Positions 25,210 to 36,363 of a DNA stretch of 64,000 bases are shown in pieces. This stretch comes from Eledone cirrhosa (lineage: Eukaryota). Where the stretch lies: the NCBI GenBank assembly GCA_964016885.1, contig OZ024743.1:230392001-230456000 (forward strand), given 5' to 3'. The position numbers were made by a program, and so were the translations under genes. Position 1 is the stretch's first letter, and every line of letters begins with the position of its first letter. The notes below the pieces were generated by a model. It saw nothing but the letters and a program-made list of their open reading frames with translations, was not told the DNA's origin and did no database searches.

Positions 25210-25216
<7 letters not shown>
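25088..25216. repeat. Perfect hairpin, 63-bp arms and 3-nt loop, abutting (TA)n
   Basis: 25088-25150 is the reverse complement of 25154-25216; a long TA tract follows. Confidence 0.95.
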
Positions 25217-25279
<63 letters not shown>

Positions 25280-25295
25280 GATATATAGATATACA

Positions 25296-25363
<68 letters not shown>

Positions 25364-25380
25364 TATGTGTATATATATAC

Positions 25381-25485
<105 letters not shown>

Positions 25486-26911
25486 CATATCTATATATAT
25501 ACATATACATTATCTTCTCAAACCATAACCTCCTTAATAAAAGTCAGAAGTGTTCGCGTCTTGCCAGCACCGCTTCCGACACTCCTTCCAAAACTGTAAA
25601 CCCAATATATAACAATGTCAGATTTGAACCCATCACCACCTCTAGCAACAAACCTCAAGGGTACACCTAACACCACATCTCCACACTCAATGACCCACCA
25701 TACCTTAACACAAATAGTGACATTCTTCTAGAACCTTTTACCCTAGAGATGTCCCCATGTACTTCTACTTTTGGTATATCTGCCTTCAATTACTTAGACT
25801 ACATTACACCACAATATAATTAAATGTAAACTTTAAACACTGAATTGTTTGTGCTAGTGTTGTTCTGTGTATGGAGTGCCATCATTGGATAAATGGAAGA
25901 TTAATTTATTAACATAAAAGAGCTATATAACCTATATACTGAGTGCAATGAATTATGTACAAGTGATATATGAGTTATACATACATGTATGACTTGATGG
26001 CCAGATTAGTGACATTGTAAGTGAGAATTGATCTCTGGTCTTCCCTAGTGATATTTAACTTTGCCATGCAATCAGACATGCACTGACCCAGAGCTTACCA
26101 GGGGTTATATATAGAAGTGATTCTAATAAAACCCTGCCAGGTTCTGTGGGTAGACTACACTTACAAGGATCATTGATTTGGGGATCTGACTCTTCATGTG
26201 GAATATTTAGTTGTGTCACTCTATGATAGAGGGTAATCATCCTAATATGAACACCTTTAGTACTTCTTGATAAACTAGACTGTAATTTATAGATAGGATA
26301 CTTAAATTTAGAAACTGTTTATAAACTTATATGATAGGGACTCATTTAGGACACCATTTAATGTACATGGGATAATAAATTTTGTTATAGAAATCAGCTA
26401 GTTACCTCCCTCACGCATTAACTCCCCTTCATCACACACACACTTCCGGAAAATATAACGATATTAATTCTCGCAACAAAAATAACCTGCTCTATAAAAT
26501 TGGATTAAAGAACAACAAGCTGTAATAATCTAACCTAATTCATCAAGCATCCAATATTGAATCATCGTTGATTATTTGAAGGACATATAATCTATATATT
26601 ACGTTTCCTGAATTGTGAAAATGGTGGTGTATACGAAAACCTTAACATTATTTTACTTCTCATTTTTAATACTTCTCTACACACAAGCTTCTATATCATA
26701 CATAAAAAAAAACTTTACCAATACAACCCCCATAATACTCTTGATTGCCCTCTTAAAGTGCTTGTATTCCATATAACACCTTGCCGCACAATAATCTTAT
26801 ATAAATAAGACACACATGCATGCCCCACGTGTAACTATTGCATACACTAACTACTTCAAACTATCCTCTTGCATTATCTTCGTAAACTGCCGATGTTGTA
26901 TTTTAACTTTA

Positions 26912-27170
26912 ATTTTGTTTTAATTTTCTTTTAATATGACTTTAATCTTTGAGTGTAAATTGCCATGCTAAAATATTATAATGGATGTCATCCCACTGTG
27001 CATCGATATATACATGTGTTTCTGTATGTCTCTTGTGTTGGAAAGGAGGTCATGTATCTAAACAATCATTGAAAAATTGCTCCGAAGACACCAAACCTCG
27101 GTTTGGAAGAAACAATTGTAAGCTAATAAATGGTTAGAACAGAACTTTGATTCATGTAATTTCTATATAC

Positions 27171-27244
<74 letters not shown>

Positions 27245-27503
27245 GTATATAGAAATTACATGAATCAAAGTTCTGTTCTAACCATTTATTAGCTTACAAT
27301 TGTTTCTTCCAAACCGAGGTTTGGTGTCTTCGGAGCAATTTTTCAATGATTGTTTAGATACATGACCTCCTTTCCAACACAAGAGACATACAGAAACACA
27401 TGTATATATCGATGCACAGTGGGATGACATCCATTATAATATTTTAGCATGGCAATTTACACTCAAAGATTAAAGTCATATTAAAAGAAAATTAAAACAA
27501 AAT
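26912..27503. repeat. ~592-bp palindrome centred on a (TA)n tract
   Basis: 27240-27503 is the reverse complement of 26912-27175, including the TACATA interruptions; the centre is self-complementary TA. Confidence 0.95.
27076..27127 (+). ncRNA. Hammerhead motif with CCGAAGA core variant (mirror copy at 27288-27339 on the minus strand)
   Basis: AUUGCU|CCGAAGA|CA CCAAACC-UC-GGUUUGG AA|GAAAC AAUU GU A|AGCUAAU; palindromic ACAAUUGU stem III. Confidence 0.72.
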
Positions 27504-27604
27504 AAATGTTATTATTACCCAAACTAGCTATGCGTGGTTACACGCGTGCAAACATTATCTCCTGTGATTATTCATGAATATTTATATGTTAATCAATTTC
27601 TAGT

Positions 27605-27663
<59 letters not shown>

Positions 27664-27919
27664 AAAGAATAGAGGTGTAACACACAAGTTATTATATATT
27701 GGTAAACGGAATAGAAAATGCTGACAAATTGTTCACAGTTGAAAAATGGTTTAATTAGGAATAAATGAGTATTAGTAATTGTATGGGTTAGTATTCAGTT
27801 GTGGTTTTAAGTTTTTAAGTTTTTACCGGTTGCGCATTTCTAAATGCTTTTCAAAAATAATTTTGAGATAGTGTCCGTGTTGTTTGCTCTGATCTGATTA
27901 GTTTTGGGAATCCTACCTC

Positions 27920-28161
27920 TTTTTATGTTAAAAAGTGGCTCCAGCGCTAGTTTGGTGTTGCAAAAATCCTTGTGGTCAAAACAATTTTGATTGGTCGGTA
28001 GAGGTCATGTGAATGTAAAAAATTGATTTTGCGCCAAGACAGTTTTTATGTTAAAAAAGTGGCTCCAGCGCTACTTGGTGTTTGCAAAAATTCTTGTGGT
28101 CAAAACAATTTGATTGGTCGGTAGAGGTCATGTGAATAAAAAATTGATTTTGCGCCAAGAC
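27920..28161. repeat. Tandem duplication of a ~123-bp unit
   Basis: 'ttttatgttaaaaagtggctccagcgcta...gattttgcgccaagac' occurs twice with few differences. Confidence 0.92.
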
Positions 28162-28271
28162 TGAGAAATGTCTCTTCCACAACAAATATGTGTGTGTGTG
28201 TGTAGTAGTAGTAAGGTGTTCGATGTTGTGATAATGGTTAGCAGGGATGTGTGTCAAGTGGCTATTAAGAT

Positions 28272-28273
<2 letters not shown>

Positions 28274-28370
<97 letters not shown>

Positions 28371-28390
28371 AATGTGTGTGTGTGTGTGTG
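28274..28390. repeat. (GT)n microsatellite
   Basis: Perfect GT run. Confidence 0.98.
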
Positions 28391-28537
28391 GGTGGACCAG
28401 TATTTTTTCCCCCTGGTAAAATGGTGTACATTATTCGATTTTTTCAGTAAAATCGGTTCTCTTAATAGAACATAAAAAATCTTAACAATAAAAGGTGTGA
28501 AATGATATTCACGATATATATATATATACACATATAT

Positions 28538-28607
<70 letters not shown>

Positions 28608-28725
28608 TTTTATTGTGTTGCACCATAGAGCATGTGTGTTTACGTATGTCATTGTGTTTATATGTGGGTAGAGATGTGTGCTGATGTAGGTATGTATGTT
28701 GACGTGTGTATGTTGTGGGTTCGTC

Positions 28726-29050
28726 TTAGGGAGAAGTGTTTAGTTGGGGTCCGTATTTGTTAATGAAGTAAGATTCCTTGCTGATGCGCTGGGTGTGGGT
28801 GGCATTATCTTTAAATTTGTAGAGGGGAAAGATTCTGAAGTTGGGATGATTTTGGGCGGCACAGGTATCAATGTGTTCACTCAGTGGTATTTTCCTGTAT
28901 TCCCGTATTTTAATTTGGGATCTATGGACAGTCATGCGTTGGCGGAGGCTGTTTTTGGTCTGGCATATGTATTGTTCTCGACAACCTGAGCAAGTTAATA
29001 CATATATTAGATTTTCCGATGCACATGTGAAATTGTGTTTTACTATAAAA
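28726..29050 (-). pseudogene. Penelope-like GIY-YIG endonuclease fragment (Neptune-like)
   Basis: FTCASENLIYVLTCSGCREQYICQTKNSLRQRMTVHR...LSEHIDTC...RISKESYFINKYGPQLN. Confidence 0.88.
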
Positions 29051-29445
29051 CTTGGACACTGACTAAGAAACTCACTCAGATGGTGGATGTGTGCTACACG
29101 AGAATTCTGAGGATGGCTCTGAACATTAATCAGTATACACTGAGGATGAAAAAGCTCAGAGCTGTATGGGACCATCCCAAAAGTCAGCTCAAAAGTGACA
29201 CAGAGGAGACTGACGTTAGCTGGAAATGCTCACCGACATCCAGAGTTGACATTGCACTCAGTGCTCCTTTGGGAGCCCCTACATGGACACACTAGAAGAG
29301 GAAGACCGTATGTTGATGCCCTAAGGACAGACACTGGTCTATTGCAGACGCAGGACATGGCAGCGATAATGAGGGACAGAGACCGCTGGAGAGAACTCGT
29401 CCATGGATCTCGGGAATTTTACCCGCCTTAGAAATAGAAATATAA
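29046..29445 (+). mobile_element. RTE-type LINE 3' fragment
   Basis: KTWTLT...YTRILRMALNI...QRRLTLAG...LLWEPLHG...RGRPYVD...MRDRDRWR, typical of RTE-group ORF2 C-termini. Confidence 0.85.
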
Positions 29446-29549
29446 TATCTATATATACATATATGCAAAAGTATTATTTAAAATTGTTGGGTTACAACAA
29501 GTAAATATTTTATAACTGATATAAAGCACTCGACAAGTTTTTGGAGTAG

Positions 29550-30158
29550 ATATACGATATTAAACAATTGGAAACTATATTTATAAAACCATATTTATTT
29601 CATTATACATATTTCAGGGATACCATATTAAAAATATGGCATGCCCTCTCTCTCCCCGTTTTTTCTTTATCTCCGGTTTTTCATTCCCTCCGTCTTTTCT
29701 CTAACTGTGCTTAACACTATAACTAAATAATTACTATCTTCTCTCTATATATAGTACTCCCTCTCTCTTGAGTCTCTCTATTTGTATGGTGAATTATTAT
29801 TTATCTGTTGCTTTCGGTTGCCTCTCTTTTTTCACCTCCTCCTATCTATTTATATATCTTTTTTTCTCTCTCCCCTCTCTCTCTCTGTTTTTCCTTACCT
29901 CCGTATGTTCTTTCTCTACGTCTTTTTTCTAACTGTGCTTAACACTATAACTAAATAATTATAAACACATCACTACCCAGACACCTTCATAATTTAATGG
30001 TCGCTTATATTATGGTACGTCAAAATTATTTATAAAACTGTTTATATATTGTATTTTATCTGACGAAGGCATGCCATATTTTTAATATGGTATCCCTGAA
30101 ATATGTATAATGAAATAAATATGGTTTTATAAATATAGTTTCCATTTGTTTAATATCG

Positions 30159-30163
<5 letters not shown>
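29550..30163 (+). mobile_element. Non-coding pLTR-like unit with inverted 5' copy of its 3' end
   Basis: 29550-29645 is the reverse complement of 30068-30163 (about one mismatch); contains an HHR; ends in (TA)n. Confidence 0.75.
30052..30117 (+). ncRNA. Type I hammerhead ribozyme
   Basis: UAUUUUAU|CUGACGA|AGGC AUGCCAUAUU-UUU-AAUAUGGUAU CCCU|GAAA U AUGU A U A|AUGAAAUA. Confidence 0.8.
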
Positions 30164-30579
<416 letters not shown>

Positions 30580-30635
30580 GAAAGACGTATAATAAGAACA
30601 TTTTAAAAATTAAAAATTAACTTACTAAAATTTTC

Positions 30636-30717
30636 ACTCCAACTAATTAGTTTCTGTAAGGGGATAAATATAGTTACGTAAGATAACTATAGAGAATTCC
30701 TTACGTCATCAGGGAGT
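30636..30717 (-). ncRNA. Type I hammerhead ribozyme with extended stem II
   Basis: Minus strand: ACUCC|CUGAUGA|C GUAAGG..UAUAGUUA..UAACUAUA..CCUUAC A|GAAA CUAAUUAG U U|GGAGU; palindromic AACUAAUUAGUU stem III. Confidence 0.88.
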
Positions 30718-30884
30718 CTATTCTCAGCAAAGTTCCCAGGCAATGCGCGGACACTAGGAACCCATATAAAAATAATAATTCAGTGGATGGAACAAAGCTA
30801 GCGGGAACTAGGTACTAAGACATAACATATATATTTGCTAGCATGAGTATACATCTGTATACATATGTTGGTAGATATACTAAT

Positions 30885-30920
<36 letters not shown>

Positions 30921-30933
30921 CATATATATATAC

Positions 30934-31114
<181 letters not shown>

Positions 31115-31146
31115 CTACCGTTAAAGCCCGGCGTTGCTCGGGGTCA
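31115..31146 (-). mobile_element. Orphan Helitron 3' terminus
   Basis: Reverse complement 'gaccccgagcaacgccgggctttaacggtag' matches the 3' hairpin end at 57178-57208; CTAG has become GTAG; abuts (TA)n. Confidence 0.7.
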
Positions 31147-31390
31147 TTAAGTTATCAAAGTTAGGTTGCACCACCCATTTTATGGCAGCACTTTTTTGTC
31201 TGCCAGGCACTGGGTGAAAGAATTGCAGACCTGGAAGCAGGAGCTGCGCCAGCAGTGACAATTCTAGTTTCGCCTATGGATGGGCAAAAAGTGCTGAAAT
31301 TTATTGTTTCACAGTACTTGCGCAACACGCGCGTAGACGATGCCAGCCGAACAACAGAGCTGTGATGGAGTTGTTCTGCATGGTTGTCTG

Positions 31391-31578
31391 TGTGTTTTCT
31401 AAATTTAAGACAGTAGGGAGGGTTGTGATATGAGGGAGAGTTAGCTGTTGTTTCTAGCAGGTTTAGTGACCTCATAGAGGATATGTGTTTTCTAAATTTA
31501 AGACAGTAGGGAGTGGTGTGATATGGAGGAGAGTTAGCTGGTGTTTCTAGCAGGTTTAGTGGCCTCATAGAGGATATG
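31391..31578. repeat. Tandem duplication of a ~93-bp unit
   Basis: 'tgtgttttctaaatttaagacagtagggag...cctcatagaggata' occurs twice. Confidence 0.9.
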
Positions 31579-31709
31579 TTTGAAGATCAGTTCGAGCACT
31601 TCTTTCAGAACTGCTGGACTGGCTACCTGACAGATACCCCATGCACAGAAAGTGAATATCGCTAAATGCTGATGTTGGTTAGATTATCAATATCAGTATT
31701 ATTGGGGCA

Positions 31710-31836
31710 CCCACTGATGAATTATAAGAGCCCACTTGAATATATATCTATTGATGGTATACAAGCTCCTACATAAATTGGTATAATTTCACCCAAATTG
31801 TAGGAGTCCTATAATGAAACGAGACGTCCGTCTGGG
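31710..31836 (+). ncRNA. Type I hammerhead ribozyme with branched ~95-nt stem II
   Basis: CCCA|CUGAUGA|AUUAUA...UAUAAU|GAAA C GAGACGUCC G U C|UGGG; internal hairpins CUUG..CAAG and CUCCUACA..UGUAGGAG. Confidence 0.82.
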
Positions 31837-32023
31837 AAGAGATATATTAGATATGTCTCATTTGAAATAATACAGCCAATTTTCCACGCAATACTTTTAG
31901 TTAGCACCCCGAACACATACTTGGGAATATAATCACTTATTTCCTAATGTTTGTTGAGTGAGTTGGAATTTGGTCGGAGTATCGCTAAAAAGATTTCTCC
32001 GTTGTTGTATTTATTATATATAC

Positions 32024-32093
<70 letters not shown>

Positions 32094-32094
32094 G

Positions 32095-32128
<34 letters not shown>

Positions 32129-32139
32129 CATATATATAC

Positions 32140-32181
<42 letters not shown>

Positions 32182-32738
32182 TCACTACTCCTTCGTTGAG
32201 CTGATTTTAGCCCCATACAAACGGCTGCTATTTCTAGCAGCACGAGTATGAGGCTAGCTAGACACTGGATAACCGCATGAGGTTACCTCGTGCGCTAAAC
32301 AGTCTTCCTAAATATTTTGAAGTGGAACATACCAATTTTTATAGTGCTTGCTAAGGAGATCAAAATGCGGTATTTTCTTCCACTTTTTCATTATTCGAAA
32401 CATATTTGGATTTTAAGGTTTAAACCTGTCTACGGAACAGGTTTGATTTTGAAATTTAAATTTGTCCAAGCACTACGGCCATTGCCAATACAATTTGTTT
32501 TTGTTGATTTATGATGTATTATCTTAAGTCATGATAGGCAAACTGTATTATTATTATTAGTATATTTCTATCTAGCTAACTTGGTCATTTACAATACAAA
32601 CATAAATATGAGGATATTTGTGTTTATCAAATATATTGATTTGTGTTAACCTATATATATATATATATATACATATATATACGTATATATATATATATAT
32701 ATATATATACGTATATATATATATATACACATATATAC

Positions 32739-32809
<71 letters not shown>

Positions 32810-32895
32810 TACATATATATACGTATATATATATATATACATATATATACGTATATATATTTATATATATATATACATATATATACGTATATGTA

Positions 32896-32946
<51 letters not shown>

Positions 32947-33374
32947 TGGTGGTGGAGCGCACATATATAACTTATGAATGTATATACATATGTAAATTTG
33001 TATGAATTAGTGATAGTAATTATGTATGTAAACATGTACAGATGTGTATATATGCAAGAATACATATGTGAATGTAAATTGTAATAATAATATATAAAAA
33101 TTCGCACCCTATTGCAAACGGATGTTGCTAGGCAATTTATATAAATATGTAAGTAATGAATCTTTATATTACAGCAAACAAAATAACGCAGAAAAAAGTG
33201 TATGATAATAAAAAGGTTGCAGAATACTAGGCGTTAACAAAAAATATCGACTACATTGTCTACCGACGACGAAAGCAGTTGAACATTTCGATTCATGCGT
33301 TTAAAAATTACATATTTTTAAATATTATACTCGCATATACACATACACACATATATCTGTATTTATATATATGA

Positions 33375-33527
<153 letters not shown>

Positions 33528-33749
33528 TTATAAATATGTATATACATATATATTTATAAATATGTATATATATATATATATTTATATGTGTGTGTGTGTG
33601 TGTAGACACACAAATAGGTAATTTCTGTGAAAATAATTGTATGAGTATAAGTGTATATACATTTTAAAAATACACATATGTACAACTCAATATTTCATTA
33701 TATGTAGTATTATTTGTGTGTAGTGTCATATTTTATTTTATATACATAT

Positions 33750-34146
33750 ATGGTGGCTGCCAACTCATTTTAGAGTACGACGACTTCTTTATATCCATGT
33801 AGGAAAACCCCTACCGATCCGTTGAACAAGTGTGACTTTTTAGTCCAGCCAGCGACTTGAAAACTATGGTACAAATACTACACCTGTGACAATTATTGAC
33901 ACATAGTGCTGGGCCCATGGCACCATGTGACGACAAGTGCAGAGAGATCTCCAGATATAAAGCAATGCCTGTGCCGTGAAGCTTTTATAGTGAGCAAAGG
34001 CACTGCACAAAGCCATTCCCACTCTCTTAACCAAGATGATATTTACCAAAAAGAGGAACAGGTCAACATCATTGGATACCATCAGGGCTGCATGTGTTAT
34101 ATCACAGTTTTCCTTTTCCTAGAATTCTGCCTTGACAAAGGCTAAG
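33750..34146 (-). mobile_element. Probable RTE-type LINE 5' UTR remnant
   Basis: Minus strand 'tagcctttgtcaaggcagaattctaggaaaaggaaaact' resembles the conserved RTE 5'-UTR motif (recalled); boundaries approximate. Confidence 0.4.
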
Positions 34147-34375
34147 GGGTCTTCTCTTATATATACATATATATACATACAAACACACAGATACACAGGC
34201 ACACGTACATGCATACTTAGTTTGTGCGTACGCGCGTCTTTATAAATATGTTAGTATAAGGAACAATTATGTTATGTTAAATACAACACTGTTCTCAAGT
34301 TTCATGTTTTTATTAATATAATGTGTGTGTGTGTATGTGTGTGTTACTGTTGCATTATTTTCGCCATGCTTAATG

Positions 34376-34561
34376 GCCGGTGGATTGGCATATCGGTAGA
34401 GGGTCGGACGCCATGCTTTGACGCATGGAGTTACGGCCCTTGCCATTCTGAGTTCAAATCCCGCCGAGCTTAACTTTGCCTTTCATCCTTACGTGGTCGA
34501 TAAAATATAGTACCAGTAATGTACTGGGTAATTGCTGGCCTTGTGCCAAAAGTAGAAACAA
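34376..34561 (+). mobile_element. tRNA-derived SINE (family A), full length
   Basis: 'ggccggtggattggca...gagttcaaatcccgccga...gcctttcatcctt...aagtagaaac'. Flanked by 'tattttcgccatg'-like sequence on both sides (possible TSD). Confidence 0.9.
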
Positions 34562-34943
34562 CTATTTTCGCCATGGTACTATTTTAGCCAAATGCTACAG
34601 TTCTGTTGTACAGTGATTGGATGCTGATTTTCTGTAATAACAGATTTGATCACTCACGAGTTAATCTGTGTTTGATTTGAGATAAGTTGGTGAGTGCTTA
34701 TCTCTGGGGCGGACGGGTATAGATGTATACTACCCATTTACATGTGTTGTATTGAAGCGAATAACTTTGAGTCTAGTCTAGTATTCTTACACAGCCTTAT
34801 TTATTGAGTACGCTGAGATGCAACCGGTAGAAGCAGTGACTCTTATGCTATTCCCGTCATGTTCTTATTAATATATATATATGAAGTAATTCCGTCGGGA
34901 AGGTCCAGGAAAAATGAGTACTCTATGTAGGTTACAGAGCTTA

Positions 34944-35003
34944 ATAGTTATGTAATAAACAACATAAGGTAAATGAAATAATTGCCTTATGTTGTTTATT
35001 ACA

Positions 35004-35010
<7 letters not shown>
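34944..35010. repeat. Perfect hairpin with 26-bp arms abutting (TA)n
   Basis: atagttatgtaataaacaacataagg (34944-34969) / ccttatgttgtttattacataactat (34985-35010). Confidence 0.93.
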
Positions 35011-35045
<35 letters not shown>

Positions 35046-35048
<3 letters not shown>

Positions 35049-36280
35049 CAGAGCACGCGCTCTAGCTCTGACAGCGCAGCATTCGTATTTTGCGTTGAAG
35101 AATTGGTCGAGTGCCAATCTCGCCGCAAGCACGTCGGTTGCGATGTCTCTCCTAAACGCCTCTTCTAGCTTTCTGACTAGCACTCCCTCTACTCTATTTT
35201 CCTCTATCACTAGTCCTTTGCTAAACCTAATCGACTCTACTTTAATTGCCCTTTTAAGGGCGAACCACCGCCTGTTGTTGACGACCGCTTCCGTCAACGC
35301 CCGCTTAACTAATACGCTAATCCAGTCTCTGTAGGCTTTGCGCGCCGGGAAAGACGCGTTCAGCTTCCAGTAACCAGGCCTTTGTCTATGAGGTCTGTCT
35401 ATGAGGTCTGTCTATGACGACGTTCTCGGAGAGATCCTGGTCGAAGAAGATCAGGTGTTTGCTCTCTTCTGGAGAACTTTCAGCCCACGGCCTATGGATA
35501 ATTTCCAAAAATCCCTGGCCTGGCTGTGCTACCGGTTCGAGATAAGCTCTACAGGCACGGAAGTGCCGTCAGCCGAGCCTGTCCGAGATGCGCGCAGAGC
35601 GACGAAACCGTTGTGCACGCACTCGTTCTGTGCCCGAGCATTGCTGACTTGTGGAGCTATGTTGAACAGTTGCTGTCGCGTGTAGGACTGATCCGGATAT
35701 CGACTGAGTCCATTGTGGAGATAGTCTCGCCGTCTTCCTTCGAGGAGGAAGGGCAGGCGGTTTTCATTTGCCTGGTGGCCATGGCGAAAGAGATTGTGTG
35801 ATGGACATGGTTGAAAGGGTTAAAGACAGATACTTTCGTCTTCGGGGAATCCCTAATTAACTTTTTCAAGTTTCACTTGAAGAGGAAAGTCAGGGTGGAG
35901 AGGCAAGTGCTGCCTTCTAGCAAGTTTGTTGAAAGGTGGGTGAATGTAGCGAGAATTGTCCGAGTGAACGGGACCGCTCTGAATATACGTCTGTAGTTTG
36001 AGAAATGGAAACATTGAGAGAGGGCGCTTGCCCTGGTGGACAGAGTGGCCATGGTCTTTTCTGTGGTTTTCGCTACGAATATCCCTCGGAGGTTTCCCCC
36101 CTATTTTGGAATTTTTCATTGTTTCAATTTTCATTTTTATTGTTTATATATATATATGTTTCTATGCTTTTTTTTATAAATAAAAATATTTACACGCACA
36201 AAACCCACATCGTACCGTCTTGTACCGTCCTGTGACGTCTGTAATCTTTTTCTTGATATCAGCCCTTGTGGCCAATAAAG
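35046..36280 (+). mobile_element. Tx1-type LINE with inverted 5' segment (twin-priming-like)
   Basis: 35046-35400 on the minus strand encodes the post-endonuclease region (PGYWKLN, WFALKRAIK). 35416-36280 on the plus strand is the ORF2 C-terminus (CPRC...HALVLC) and 3' UTR ending aataaa. Confidence 0.88.
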
Positions 36281-36363
36281 TAATGCACTGAGTAATTGCT
36301 GGCATTATGCCTAAAGTAGAAACTATTATTATTATCATCATCATCATTATTATTATTATTATT
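36279..36363 (+). mobile_element. SINE family A 3' half with (ATT/ATC)n tail
   Basis: 'agtaatgcactgagtaattgctggcattatgcctaaagtagaaac' plus att repeats. Confidence 0.8.

Noticed and set aside
31161-31620. Penelope RT fragment on the minus strand
   Set aside because: Only vague motif resemblance across shifting frames; too weak to call.
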